NCBI RefSeq assembly: GCF_023255415.1
Contig: NZ_JALRIN010000010.1
DNA: 64,000 nt
Direction: 5' to 3' (one strand)
Source: Cypionkella sp.
GTDB lineage: Bacteria; Pseudomonadota; Alphaproteobacteria; Rhodobacterales; Rhodobacteraceae
In this document: positions 46,723 to 56,572 of the stretch, piece after piece
Layout: each line of letters opens with the position of its first letter
Numbering within the stretch: position 1 is the first letter of the stretch
The notes under the pieces: model-generated
What the model was told of the DNA's origin: nothing
The model's database searches: none
What the model saw: only the letters and a program-made list of their open reading frames with translations
Made by a program: the position numbers and the translations under genes

Positions 46723-47649
46723 ATGCAGATTTACCTCCCCATCGCTGAGGTTTCGATCAATGCCTTTCTTCTGTTGGGCTTAGGTGGAATCGTCGGTTTT
46801 TTATCCGGCATGTTCGGCGTCGGCGGAGGCTTTTTGATCACCCCGCTTTTGCTGTTCATCGGCGTGCCTGCAGGGGTTGCCGTGGCGACCGGCGCAAACC
46901 AAGTTGTTGCCTCTTCGGTTTCAGGAATGCTGGTTCAGATGAAGCGCCGCGGCGTCGATTTCCGCATGGGCATGGTGCTGCTGATCGGCGGCCTGATCGG
47001 TTCTTTTGTCGGGGTCAAGATCTTTGCCTGGATGACGGCCCTTGGCCAGATTGATCTGTTTGTGCAGCTATCTTACGTGCTGTTTCTGGGGCTGATCGGC
47101 GGGCTGATGTTTGTCGAAAGCCTGCGCAGCATTCTGCGCAACCGCAAGCAGGGCACGGCGATGCCGGTGCGGCGCGCGCATGTGCACACTTGGGCGCATC
47201 GGCTGCCGTTCAAGATGAAGTTTCGGGTCTCGGGGCTTTATGTCTCGGTGATCCCGCCTTTGATGATCGGCGTACTTGTGGGCCTGTTGTCCGCCTGTAT
47301 GGGGGTCGGCGGCGGCTTTCTTCTGGTGCCTGCGATGATCTACACGCTGGGCGTGCCCACCCGCGTTGTGGTTGGCACCTCGCTGTTTCAGATCATCTTC
47401 ACCACCAGCTTCACCACAATCATGCATGCGGTCAACAGCCAGACGGTTGATATGGTACTGGCCCTGCTGTTGATCATCGGCGGCGTAATCGGCGCGCAGA
47501 TCGGTGCCTTGGTCTCGACCCGGCTGCAAGCCGAACAGCTGCGCATTCTGCTCGCGCTTTTGGTGATCTCGGTCTGCTTCAAGATCGCATTGGATCTGCT
47601 GCTGCAACCAGCCGAGCTGTTTTCAATCACCCCCTTGGTGCTGCCATGA
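46723..47649 (+). CDS. Sulfite exporter TauE/SafE family membrane protein
   Basis: 308 aa, multi-TM. Two GVGGGF(L) repeats typical of TauE/SafE. Confidence 0.85.
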   Translation: MQIYLPIAEVSINAFLLLGLGGIVGFLSGMFGVGGGFLITPLLLFIGVPAGVAVATGANQVVASSVSGMLVQMKRRGVDFRMGMVLLIGGLIGSFVGVKIFAWMTALGQIDLFVQLSYVLFLGLIGGLMFVESLRSILRNRKQGTAMPVRRAHVHTWAHRLPFKMKFRVSGLYVSVIPPLMIGVLVGLLSACMGVGGGFLLVPAMIYTLGVPTRVVVGTSLFQIIFTTSFTTIMHAVNSQTVDMVLALLLIIGGVIGAQIGALVSTRLQAEQLRILLALLVISVCFKIALDLLLQPAELFSITPLVLP

Positions 47650-48413
47650 GGCGGCTTTGGGCGCTGGCGCTGGCGCTGGCCAGCCTGCCACAGCTGACCT
47701 GCGCCGAAGAACAGATCGTCACCGGCCTGAGCCAAAATCGGGTCGAGATTACTGCCAATTACGACGGATCGAACATTCTGATCTATGGCGCGGTGAAACG
47801 CACCGCGCCACCACCAGAGGGTGGCCGGCTCGAAGTGATCGTCACCGTCGAGGGCCCAGCACAACCCTTGGTGCTGCGGCGCAAGGAAAAGGTGGCAGGT
47901 ATCTGGATCAACCAATCTGCGGTCACTATCAGCTCGGCCCCCAGCTTTTACGCGGTCGCCACCACCGGCCCCTTTGCTGATATCCTGTCGCATACCGACG
48001 ATCTGCGCTATCGCATCAGCCTGCCACAAGTGATCCGCGCCATCGGCATCAGCGCCGAGGCCGCAGATTCCCCCGAATTCGTCGAAGCCCTGAAACGCAT
48101 CCGCATGAACGAGGATCGCTATCACATCGCGATTGGGCGGGTGCAATTGCTGCAAGAAACCCTGTTTCGCGCCGATGTCGAACTGCCTGCCAACCTCAGC
48201 GATGGCAATTACAAGGTGCGGCTGTTCATCCTGCGCGGTGGCGAGGTGATCGACCATCAAGACCGCTATATCGGCGTGCGAAAAGCGGGGATTGAACGCG
48301 ATCTGTTCAATCTCGCGCATGAACAACCGCTGCTTTATGGCGTGATCTCGCTGCTGCTTGCTGCCGTCGCCGGCTGGGCCGCCTCCGCCGGTTTCCGCTA
48401 TATGCGCCGCTAG
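47646..48413 (+). CDS. Conserved secreted/membrane-anchored protein (TIGR02186-like, usual TauE neighbour)
   Basis: 255 aa. Signal peptide and C-terminal TM helix. ATGA coupling to the TauE gene. Family name is from memory only. Confidence 0.55.
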   Translation: MRRLWALALALASLPQLTCAEEQIVTGLSQNRVEITANYDGSNILIYGAVKRTAPPPEGGRLEVIVTVEGPAQPLVLRRKEKVAGIWINQSAVTISSAPSFYAVATTGPFADILSHTDDLRYRISLPQVIRAIGISAEAADSPEFVEALKRIRMNEDRYHIAIGRVQLLQETLFRADVELPANLSDGNYKVRLFILRGGEVIDHQDRYIGVRKAGIERDLFNLAHEQPLLYGVISLLLAAVAGWAASAGFRYMRR

Positions 48414-48427
48414 GCGCGCGCGCCAAA

Positions 48428-48462
48428 GCCTGCGCGGGGGGCTCGATGCCCCGCGCGCAGGC
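48428..48462. terminator. GC-rich hairpin between convergent genes (no U-tract)
   Basis: GCCTGCGCGGGGG-gctcgatg-CCCCGCGCGCAGGC: 13 bp with one bulge. Confidence 0.45.
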
Positions 48463-48475
48463 CACCACGTTCAGG

Positions 48476-49780
48476 TTATCCCAAAGCTTGCGCCAAGGCC
48501 GGAAAGCCGCGTCGCAGTGTCACCAGCCGCATCAGGTTCAGCACCATCAGCGCCCCCCAAAGCCCGTGATTGCCCGCCAAGGGCACCAAAACCAGCAAGG
48601 CCGCGACATAGCAGGCCACCGAAACCGCCATCGCCCGCAGCATGGCTTGCGTGCGCAGCGCGCCAATATAGACGCCGTCATAAATCCAAGACCCCACGCC
48701 GACCAAGGGCGCAATCGCAAGCCAGGGCAGATAGATCGCAGCCTCGGCCCGCACATCTGGGGCCGTGGTCATCAGCGCGATGATTGGCACTCCGGCCAGG
48801 GCAAAGATCAGCGCCAAGACCGCCGCCCCCGCCAGCCCCAACTGCATCGAAACCGCCGTCGCACGGCGCAATGGCCCCAACGCCCGCGCACCCACCGCTT
48901 GGCCCACCAGCGTTTCGGCGGCAAAGGCAAAGCCATCCAAGCCATAGGCGGTGATCTCTAGAAACTGCATCAGCACATGATTGGCCGCCAAGGTCACATC
49001 GCCAAAGCCCGCCGCCAGAAAGATGAAACTGGTGAAGGACAGTTGCAAAAGAACCGAACGCAGCATGATGTCGCGGCTGGCACCAAACATCTTGCGCAGC
49101 GCCACAGGGTCGCGCAGCCGGCACAGCGCCGCGCCAAGCTGGCGCCCAAACACCGCGCGCAACAGCCACAGCCCCAGCAAAAGCCCGGCATATTCCGCGA
49201 TCAAAGTCGCCTGCGCCACCCCCGCGATACCCCAGCCCAGCTTGAGCACAAACAGCATATCAAGCCCAACGTTCAGCCCGTTTTGCACCAGCTGCAACAG
49301 CAGCACCGCCCGGGTGCGCTCGGCCGCAATCAGCCAGCCGGTTACCGCGTAAAGCATCACTGTTGCAGGCGCGCCCCAGATCCGAATGCCCAGATAAAGC
49401 CGCGCGGCCGCCTCGACCTCGGCACTGGCAGGGGCGACCCAAAGCGCTGCCCCAAACAGCGCGCCCTGCAGCGCCACCAGGACCAGCCCTGCCGCCGCCC
49501 CGATCATCAGTGCACGCAACAAGACCGCGTCGCGCTCGACCGCGTCGCCCGCCCCCATCGCTTGGGCGGCAAGCCCCGAGGTCGACATCCGCAAAAAGCC
49601 AAAGATCCAGTAAAACGTCGCCAAGATCATCGCGCCAAGGCCGACGGCGGCCAAGGGGGCGGCCTGCCCGATCTGACCAATCACCGCCGTATCCACCGCC
49701 CCCAGCAGCGGTATCGTCGCGTTTGAAACCACAATCGGCAGCGCAATCCGCAACACCCGCGCATGGGTGATCGCCATCAT
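48476..49780 (-). CDS. MATE family efflux transporter
   Basis: 434 aa, 12-TM pattern. N-terminal ALPIVVSNATIPLLGAVDTAVIGQ is typical of the MATE/DinF group. Confidence 0.85.
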   Translation of the reverse strand: MMAITHARVLRIALPIVVSNATIPLLGAVDTAVIGQIGQAAPLAAVGLGAMILATFYWIFGFLRMSTSGLAAQAMGAGDAVERDAVLLRALMIGAAAGLVLVALQGALFGAALWVAPASAEVEAAARLYLGIRIWGAPATVMLYAVTGWLIAAERTRAVLLLQLVQNGLNVGLDMLFVLKLGWGIAGVAQATLIAEYAGLLLGLWLLRAVFGRQLGAALCRLRDPVALRKMFGASRDIMLRSVLLQLSFTSFIFLAAGFGDVTLAANHVLMQFLEITAYGLDGFAFAAETLVGQAVGARALGPLRRATAVSMQLGLAGAAVLALIFALAGVPIIALMTTAPDVRAEAAIYLPWLAIAPLVGVGSWIYDGVYIGALRTQAMLRAMAVSVACYVAALLVLVPLAGNHGLWGALMVLNLMRLVTLRRGFPALAQALG

Positions 49781-50241
49781 GCTGCAGCCCCCGCCATCAA
49801 GAACCGTCCCGAGCCCAGCGCAAAGGGCCGCGTTGCATCCTCTTGCCAGGCCTCGACCTGCACACTGGCATAGCGCCGCCCGATCCGGTTCACACTTGCG
49901 CGCGCAAAGGCGGGCTTGGCCTGACCGCTGCGCAGATAATCGACGCCAAAGTTGATGGTTTTCGGCAAGACGGGGGCTGCATCCTGCAGATCAAACCGCC
50001 CTGCCGCAATCTCGGGCAACAGGCTGGCATAGGTCAGGCTGATCAGCGCTGTCACCTCTAAAAACGCCGCCGTCACCCCGCCATGTAACGCGGGCACCGC
50101 AGGGTTGCCAATCAGCATCGGCTGAAACGGCAAGCTGGCCAAAACCCCCGCCTCTTGCCAGCAAAATTCGATGCCCAGAAACTGAATATAGGGCACATCG
50201 CGCACCAAAGCCGCCAAGATCTGCTCTGCCTGCGCGCTCAT
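49777..50241 (-). CDS. PaaI-type hotdog-fold thioesterase
   Basis: 154 aa. [11 protein letters not shown] motif. Confidence 0.75.
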   Translation of the reverse strand: MSAQAEQILAALVRDVPYIQFLGIEFCWQEAGVLASLPFQPMLIGNPAVPALHGGVTAAFLEVTALISLTYASLLPEIAAGRFDLQDAAPVLPKTINFGVDYLRSGQAKPAFARASVNRIGRRYASVQVEAWQEDATRPFALGSGRFLMAGAAA

Positions 50242-50672
50242 AGCCCTGCCCCGCTGCTGCGCTCAATCGCAAAGGCCCCGGCAGCCATCGCCACCGGTCG
50301 GCTTTGATCATCGTCATAGGCCGTCACCCGCACGAAAGCCACGGTCTGGGTGACATGATGACATTCGGCCTTGGCCACAATGCTTTGCCCCGGCGTCGCG
50401 GGCCGCATGTAATCAATCCGCAAATCCAAAGTCGCGGTCGAAATCGGTGCCGCCGGATGGCTCATCACCGCGGTGCCGCTTGCGGTGTCCATCAGCGCCG
50501 AGACAGCGCCACCATGCAGCACCCCCGTGGTCGGATCGCCCACCAGCCGCGCGTCCCATGGCATCACCATCGTCGCCGTGCCCGCCCCCAATTCCGTAAG
50601 CTCCATCGCCAAAGCCGCCGCATGGGGCAAGGCCGCTGTAAACTGACGCGCGAATTTCAACCTGTTTTCCAT
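50238..50672 (-). CDS. PaaI-type hotdog-fold thioesterase (paralogue)
   Basis: Start moved to MENRLKF (50672). [13 protein letters not shown] motif. Coupled to the downstream paralogue. Confidence 0.75.
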   Translation of the reverse strand: MENRLKFARQFTAALPHAAALAMELTELGAGTATMVMPWDARLVGDPTTGVLHGGAVSALMDTASGTAVMSHPAAPISTATLDLRIDYMRPATPGQSIVAKAECHHVTQTVAFVRVTAYDDDQSRPVAMAAGAFAIERSSGAGL

Positions 50673-50772
50673 GCCGCCATAATCCCTTGCAACCGCCAAA
50701 GCGCAAGACCCCGACAGGGAAATCTTGCACCTGCCCAAGCGCCAGCCTAGTCTGCGCCCAAAGGAACCCAAC

Positions 50773-51159
50773 ATGACCGACAGCCGCCTAAGCTTTAAAG
50801 AGATGTGCGCGCGTTTCGACGTCACCCCGCGCACCCTGCGCTATTACGAATATATCGAGCTGCTTGCCCCCGAAAAAGATGGCCGCGCGCGCTTTTACAC
50901 CCCGCGCGAGGTTGCCCGCATGACGCTGATCCTGCGCGGCCGCCGCTTTGGCTTTAGTCTGGAAGAGATCCGGCAATGGCTGCTGATCTATCAGCAAAAG
51001 GGCACCCAACCGCAGCTGCAAGAATGGGTCGCGATGGCAGATCGCCAGTTGCAAGAATTGGGCGCGCAGCACCAATCGCTCGAAGCCGCAATCGCCGATC
51101 TGCGCGCTTTGCGCGACAAGGCTGCCGCAGATCTGGCCAAGCTGCCGCCGCCGACCTAG
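50773..51159 (+). CDS. MerR family transcriptional regulator
   Basis: Start at ATG 50773 after [26 protein letters not shown] and coiled-coil C-terminus. Confidence 0.85.
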   Translation: MTDSRLSFKEMCARFDVTPRTLRYYEYIELLAPEKDGRARFYTPREVARMTLILRGRRFGFSLEEIRQWLLIYQQKGTQPQLQEWVAMADRQLQELGAQHQSLEAAIADLRALRDKAAADLAKLPPPT

Positions 51160-51180
51160 CGCGGCTTTCTGCCGAACCTT

Positions 51181-51227
51181 ACGTCATCCATAACAATGAC
51201 GTGACGTTACATTTACGTTAACGTCAA
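51181..51227. promoter_or_regulatory. ACGT-rich dyads, candidate MerR-type operators
   Basis: ACGTCAT-N8-ATGACGT (51181-51202) and TTTACGTTAACGTCAA (51212-51227; core ACGTTAACGT is a perfect palindrome). TATAGT at 51237-51242. Confidence 0.4.
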
Positions 51228-51285
51228 CATGGCACATATAGTCTTACAACCTCTCCCGTTTACGGGCGCTTTGAAGGATGTTGCC

Positions 51286-51675
51286 ATGACCGAAACTTTG
51301 ACCATCAGGCAAATGTGCGACGCGCATCAGGTCACGCCGCGCACCCTGCGGTTTTACGAGGCCAAGGAACTGCTGACCCCGATCCGGCAGGGCTCCAAGC
51401 GGCTTTACACCCGCAAAGACCGCGCCCGCCTGCAGCTGATTTTGCGCGGCAAACGCTTTGGCTTCAGTCTCGAAGACATTCGGCAATTGCTGGATATGTA
51501 TGATCACAACGGCAGCAATCAGGTACAACTGGAACGCACCTATCAACTGGCGCAAGACCGCATCGCCCAGATGAAGGCGCAGGCCGCAGAACTCAGCCTT
51601 GCCATCCAAGACCTTGAAACCGAAATGCGCGGTGTCGCGGCTACCCTTGCCGCCTTCCGCAAAGCCGCAGAATAG
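51286..51675 (+). CDS. MerR family transcriptional regulator (paralogue of 50773..51159)
   Basis: Start at ATG 51286 after [26 protein letters not shown]. Shares ILRGxRFGFSLExIRQ with the upstream paralogue. Confidence 0.85.
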   Translation: MTETLTIRQMCDAHQVTPRTLRFYEAKELLTPIRQGSKRLYTRKDRARLQLILRGKRFGFSLEDIRQLLDMYDHNGSNQVQLERTYQLAQDRIAQMKAQAAELSLAIQDLETEMRGVAATLAAFRKAAE

Positions 51676-51683
51676 GACAGCCC

Positions 51684-53447
51684 ATGCCCAGCTACACCGC
51701 CCCCATCAAAGATATGCAATTCCTGCTGCATCAGGTGCTGAACGTCAGCGCCAGCGATATCGCAGGCTACGCGGATCTGGACGAAGCCTTCACCGCCGCC
51801 GTTCTGGAAGAGGCGGGCAAGGTTGCCAGCGATCTGCTCGCCCCGCTGAACGCCAGCGGCGACCGCGAGGGCTGCACGCTGGAAAACGGTGTCGTGCGCA
51901 CACCCAAAGGCTTTAAAGCCGCCTTTGCCGCAATGAAAGACGGCGGCTGGACAGCGCTGGACTGCGACCCGGCCTATGGCGGCCAGGGTCTGCCCTATCT
52001 GATGGGCACCGCGGTGGGCGAGATTTTTGTCTCGGCCAATATGGCCTTTAACATGTACCAGGGCCTGACCCATGGCGCCTATTCGGCGATCCACACCCAT
52101 GGCACAGAGGCACAAAAACAAACCTATCTGCCCAAGCTGATCTCTTGCGATTGGACAGGCACGATGAACCTGACCGAACCGCATTGCGGCACCGATCTTG
52201 GCCTGATGCGCACCCGCGCCGAACCGCAAGACGACGGCAGCTATAAGATAACCGGCACCAAGATCTTTATCTCGGCCGGCGATCACGATCTGGCCGAAAA
52301 CATCATCCACCTTGTGCTGGCCAAAGCCCCGGGCGGCGGCGAAGGCACCAAAGGGATTTCGCTGTTTATCGTGCCAAAGCGGCTGGTCGGTGCCGATGGC
52401 GCCTTGGGCGCGCGCAACGCCGTCTCGGTTGGTAAGATCGAAGACAAAATGGGCATCCATGGCAATGCCACCTGCGTGATGAACTATGACGGCGCCACCG
52501 GCTACCTGTTGGGCGATCTGCACAAAGGCATGCGCGCGATGTTCACCATGATGAACGAGGCCCGCCTTGGCGTCGGCCTGCAAGGCTATGCCGTGGCCGA
52601 AGCCGCCTATCAAAATGCCGCAGCCTATGCGCGCGACCGCCTGCAGGGGCGCGCGGTGACAGGGGCGCAAAACCCCACAGGCCCAGCCGATGCGCTGATC
52701 GTTCACCCCGATATTCGCCGCAGCCTGATGGATCAGAAATCCTTTGTCGAAGGCGCACGCGCTTTCACCTTCTGGTCCGCCCAGATGATTGACGCCTCGG
52801 TGCGCAACAAGGACGCCGATGCCGAAGGCATGGTGTCACTGCTGATCCCAGTGCTGAAAGGCTTTCTCACCGACCGCGGCTTCGAGACGGCGGTGCAGGC
52901 CCAGCAAATCTGGGGCGGCCATGGCTATATCGAGGATAACCCGATGTCGCAATTTGTCCGCGACGCCCGCATTGCCCAAATCTACGAAGGCGCAAACGGC
53001 GTGCAGGCGCTGGATCTGGTTGGCCGCAAATTGGCACAAGATGGCGGCAAACATGTGATGGCCTTCTTTGATCTGATCAAAACCTTCCTCAAGCAAAACG
53101 CCGATGACCCGCAGATGGCGCCCTATCTTGAACCGCTGAAAAAAGCCTCCAAAGACGTGCAAGCAGCCACGATGTTCTTCATATCCCAAGCGGCAAAAAA
53201 TCCCAATGCTGCGCTGGCAGGGTCCTATGACTTCATGCTGATGATGGGCCATACCTGCTTGGGCCTGATCTGGGCCAAAATCGCCAAAGCCGCGCTTGCA
53301 GCCACCACAGACCCCGATTTTCATGCAGCCAAGCTGATCACCGCGCGCTATTATATGACGCGTCAGCTTCCCGCGACTGCGCTGCATCTCGCCCGCATTG
53401 AAAGCGGCGCCGATCCAGTGATGGCTTTGCCCGAAGCGGCGTTCTAA
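51684..53447 (+). CDS. Long-form acyl-CoA dehydrogenase (FadE/AcdH-like with C-terminal extension)
   Basis: 587 aa. ACAD core ([22 protein letters not shown]) plus a C-terminal helical domain. Confidence 0.9.
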   Translation: MPSYTAPIKDMQFLLHQVLNVSASDIAGYADLDEAFTAAVLEEAGKVASDLLAPLNASGDREGCTLENGVVRTPKGFKAAFAAMKDGGWTALDCDPAYGGQGLPYLMGTAVGEIFVSANMAFNMYQGLTHGAYSAIHTHGTEAQKQTYLPKLISCDWTGTMNLTEPHCGTDLGLMRTRAEPQDDGSYKITGTKIFISAGDHDLAENIIHLVLAKAPGGGEGTKGISLFIVPKRLVGADGALGARNAVSVGKIEDKMGIHGNATCVMNYDGATGYLLGDLHKGMRAMFTMMNEARLGVGLQGYAVAEAAYQNAAAYARDRLQGRAVTGAQNPTGPADALIVHPDIRRSLMDQKSFVEGARAFTFWSAQMIDASVRNKDADAEGMVSLLIPVLKGFLTDRGFETAVQAQQIWGGHGYIEDNPMSQFVRDARIAQIYEGANGVQALDLVGRKLAQDGGKHVMAFFDLIKTFLKQNADDPQMAPYLEPLKKASKDVQAATMFFISQAAKNPNAALAGSYDFMLMMGHTCLGLIWAKIAKAALAATTDPDFHAAKLITARYYMTRQLPATALHLARIESGADPVMALPEAAF

Positions 53448-53474
53448 GCTTGGTCAAAACCGCAAAGGACCGCC

Positions 53475-53684
53475 ATGCCAAAACGCTTTCGCCTCACCCG
53501 CCGCTTTCCGGTCGCCATGACCGAAGACGGCTACCGCCGCCTGAAAACCTTCGCGCGCGACGCGGGGCTGGACGAGGGCGAGGCGCTGTCCTTTCTGTTT
53601 GAAAACTATAGCAGTGTCATCCATCACGACAATCTCGCCCACCGCCTGCGCCTGTTTAATTCCGAACTCGAAAGCCGAAAGTAA
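53475..53684 (+). CDS. Small hypothetical protein, possibly ribbon-helix-helix-like
   Basis: 69 aa with AAAGGA RBS and G/C-rich third positions. The beta-strand-then-two-helix pattern is judged by eye only. Confidence 0.5.
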   Translation: MPKRFRLTRRFPVAMTEDGYRRLKTFARDAGLDEGEALSFLFENYSSVIHHDNLAHRLRLFNSELESRK

Positions 53685-53686
53685 GG

Positions 53687-53739
53687 CTTTCATCTGTCTA
53701 AAAATATCCCACGGGAGCGCGAGGGTGTGAAACCCTCGC
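53687..53739 (+). repeat. Intergenic repeat copy G (core + GCGAGGG-TGTGAAA-CCCTCGC hairpin)
   Basis: CTTTCATCTGTCTAAAAATATCCCACGGG AGC GCGAGGGTGTGAAACCCTCGC, starting 2 nt after the stop at 53682-53684. Confidence 0.85.
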
Positions 53740-53769
53740 TCCGACCGCAGTCTCAAAGGACCACCGTTC

Positions 53770-54405
53770 ATGACCGCAAAACTCTACTGCTTTGGCGAAT
53801 CCGGCAATGCTTACAAATGTGCCCTTGCCCTGACCTTCGCCGATATGGAATGGGAACCGATCTATGTCGATTTCTTCAATGGCGGCGCACGCACGCCGGA
53901 ATTCCGCGCGATCAACGAAATGGGCGAGGTGCCGGTGCTGCTGGACGGCGAGACCACGCTGACGCAATCTGGCGTGATCCTCGATTACATCTCCTCGAAA
54001 ACCGGCAAGCTTGGTGGCAAATCCGCAGCCGAACGCCGCGAGGTGCTGCGCTGGCTGTTTTGGGACAACCACAAATTCTCGACCATGATCGGCAATACCC
54101 GGTTTTTGATGAACTTCCTGCCCACCGACAAACGCCCTGAAGCGGTGATCACCTTTCAGCAAGGCCGCTTGAAAGCCGCCTATGCGGTGCTGAACGATCA
54201 CCTGACCCAGCGCACTTGGGTCGCGGGCGAGGCTATGACCATCGCCGATCTGTCCTGCGCGGGCTATCTTTATTACCCCGAGCCCTTTGGCTTTAACCGC
54301 GCCGATTGGCCTGGCATCGACGCTTGGCTTGACCGCATCGCCGCCACCCCCGGATGGAAGCATCCCTATGATCTGATGCCCGGCAACCCTTCGGATCGCG
54401 CATAA
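53770..54405 (+). CDS. Glutathione S-transferase
   Basis: 211 aa. N-terminal thioredoxin-like GST fold (GEVPVLLDGETTLTQSGVIL). Confidence 0.85.
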   Translation: MTAKLYCFGESGNAYKCALALTFADMEWEPIYVDFFNGGARTPEFRAINEMGEVPVLLDGETTLTQSGVILDYISSKTGKLGGKSAAERREVLRWLFWDNHKFSTMIGNTRFLMNFLPTDKRPEAVITFQQGRLKAAYAVLNDHLTQRTWVAGEAMTIADLSCAGYLYYPEPFGFNRADWPGIDAWLDRIAATPGWKHPYDLMPGNPSDRA

Positions 54406-54415
54406 GGAACCCGAC

Positions 54416-55627
54416 ATGACCGATGCCTTTATCTACGACGCCGTCCGCTCGCCACGTGGCAAAGGCCGCGCTGACGGGGCTTTGCACGAGCTCACCTCGG
54501 TGGCGCTTTCGGCCAAGATCCTGAATGCGCTGAAAGACCGCAACGGGCTGGAAGGCCATGCCGTCGAAGATGTGATCTGGGGCAATGTCACCCAGGTGGG
54601 CGAACAGGGCGGCTGTCTTGCCCGTTCGGCGGTCTTGCTGTCAGACCTTGATCAATCCATCCCCGGCCTTGCCATCAACCGCTTTTGTGCCTCTGGGATG
54701 GAGGCGGTCAATCTGGCCGCCAATCAGATCAAAGGCGATGCCGGCCGCGCCTATATCGCCGGCGGGGTCGAGATGATGGGCCGTGTCGCCATGGGCTCGG
54801 ACGGGGCGGCGATTGCGGTCGACCCGACGCTGGCGATGAAGACCTATTTCGTGCCGCAAGGCATCTCGGCCGATATCATCGCCACGCAATACGGCTTTAC
54901 CCGCGACCAAGCTGACGCCTTGGCGGTGCAATCGCAAGCCCGCGCTGCGGCGGCCTGGGCCGACAACCGCTTTGCCAAATCCGTCATCCAGATCACCGAT
55001 CAAAACGGCCTGCCGATCTTGGGACAAGACGAATATATGCGCCCCAATACCGATATGCAGACGCTTGGCGCGCTCAAGCCCGCCTTCAAAGACATGGGCG
55101 AGAGCATGCCCGGCTTTGATAAGGTCGCGCTGATGAAATATCCGCATCTCGAGCGTATCAACCACATCCACCACGCGGGCAATTCCTCGGGCATCGTCGA
55201 CGGTGCTGCGGCTTTGCTGATCGGCAATGCTGAATTTGGCCGCGCACACGGCCTGAAACCCCGCGCCCGCATTCGCGCCACGGCAAAAATCGGCACCGAT
55301 CCGACCATCATGCTGACAGGTCCGGTTCCGGTGACAGAAAAGATTTTGCGCGACAGCGGGCTTGGCATCAAAGACATCGACCTTTTCGAGGTGAACGAGG
55401 CTTTTGCCGCCGTGGTGCTGCGGTTTCAGCAGGCCTTTGACGTCGACCCTGCGCTTGTGAACGTCAACGGCGGCGCAATCGCCATGGGCCACCCTTTGGG
55501 GGCAACAGGGGCGATCATCATCGGCACGCTGCTGGACGAATTGGAACGCAGCGACAAGACCCTTGGCCTTGCGACGCTGTGCATCGCCAGCGGCATGGGG
55601 GCTGCAACCATCATCGAGCGGCTTTAG
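54416..55627 (+). CDS. Acetyl-CoA C-acyltransferase (3-ketoacyl-CoA thiolase)
   Basis: 403 aa. Active-site Cys context [10 protein letters not shown], and C-terminal [21 protein letters not shown]. Confidence 0.9.
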   Translation: MTDAFIYDAVRSPRGKGRADGALHELTSVALSAKILNALKDRNGLEGHAVEDVIWGNVTQVGEQGGCLARSAVLLSDLDQSIPGLAINRFCASGMEAVNLAANQIKGDAGRAYIAGGVEMMGRVAMGSDGAAIAVDPTLAMKTYFVPQGISADIIATQYGFTRDQADALAVQSQARAAAAWADNRFAKSVIQITDQNGLPILGQDEYMRPNTDMQTLGALKPAFKDMGESMPGFDKVALMKYPHLERINHIHHAGNSSGIVDGAAALLIGNAEFGRAHGLKPRARIRATAKIGTDPTIMLTGPVPVTEKILRDSGLGIKDIDLFEVNEAFAAVVLRFQQAFDVDPALVNVNGGAIAMGHPLGATGAIIIGTLLDELERSDKTLGLATLCIASGMGAATIIERL

Positions 55628-55629
55628 CC

Positions 55630-56070
55630 ATGCCGATCAGGGCCTTCGATCAGATTGCAGACGCGCTGACCACCGCCCTGATCGCTGGCGATTTTGCCGC
55701 CTATCGCAGCCTGATGCAGCTGCCGTTAAAGATCAGCTCGCGCGCGGGGCAAAGCCATCGCCTGCAGACCGAAGACGCCCTGCGACAAGATTTCGACGCC
55801 TATGTCGCGGTGATCCGCGCCTATGGCGTCACCGATATCTATCGCCAGATTGTAAGCTTTGACGTCAGCAAGGCCGATCAGATGCAGTTGCATTGCCTGA
55901 CCCATATCATGGCTGATGCCCAGCGCCTGGTTGCGCCGTTTGAAACCCATTTCCACCTGCACCACAGCGGCGACGGCTGGCGGATCAGCTTTATCGAAAG
56001 TTCCGAGGATCATATCAGATGGACGCTTGGCCAAGCCCCGTTGGCAGGCGAACCGAAGGCGGGCGCGTGA
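55630..56070 (+). CDS. Hypothetical protein (about 146 aa)
   Basis: Start at ATG 55630, 2 nt after the thiolase stop. No motif recognised. G/C-rich third positions. Confidence 0.55.
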   Translation: MPIRAFDQIADALTTALIAGDFAAYRSLMQLPLKISSRAGQSHRLQTEDALRQDFDAYVAVIRAYGVTDIYRQIVSFDVSKADQMQLHCLTHIMADAQRLVAPFETHFHLHHSGDGWRISFIESSEDHIRWTLGQAPLAGEPKAGA

Positions 56071-56101
56071 TGGCGCGCCCCTGCAAGTTAAAAGGTGAAC
56101 G

Positions 56102-56572
56102 ATGCCCGTGCTTGATCTGACAAAAGTGCCGCTGAAAACCGGCTCGATCTACCCCACCCCCTATGCGGATCTGATGCGGGGCCGATCAAGCCTGCGCTTG
56201 GCCGAGGCGGGTGGGCTGACGCAATTTGGCGTCAATCTGGTGACGCTGCAACCGAGGGCTTTGTCGTCGCTGCGCCACTGGCATCTGGTCGAAGACGAGT
56301 TTGTGATGATCACCGCCGGCGAATGCCTGCTGGTAGAAGACGGTGGCGAGACGCTGATGCGCGCCGGCGATTGCGCCGCCTTTCCCGCAAATATCCCCAA
56401 CGGGCATCACTTTATCAACCGTAGCGCCGCCCCTGCCAACTTTCTGGTCATCGGCAGCAAAGCCCCGCACGAAGTTGTCAGCTATGCCGACGTCGATCTG
56501 GTGGTGACGATGGCCGAGGGCCGCGCCGTTTTCAGCCATAAAGACGGCAGCAGCAATTCGGAGGCGCGATGA
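56102..56572 (+). CDS. Cupin domain protein
   Basis: 156 aa. Cupin motif 1 HWHLVEDEF and motif 2 GDCAAFPANIPNGHHFIN. Confidence 0.75.
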   Translation: MPVLDLTKVPLKTGSIYPTPYADLMRGRSSLRLAEAGGLTQFGVNLVTLQPRALSSLRHWHLVEDEFVMITAGECLLVEDGGETLMRAGDCAAFPANIPNGHHFINRSAAPANFLVIGSKAPHEVVSYADVDLVVTMAEGRAVFSHKDGSSNSEAR

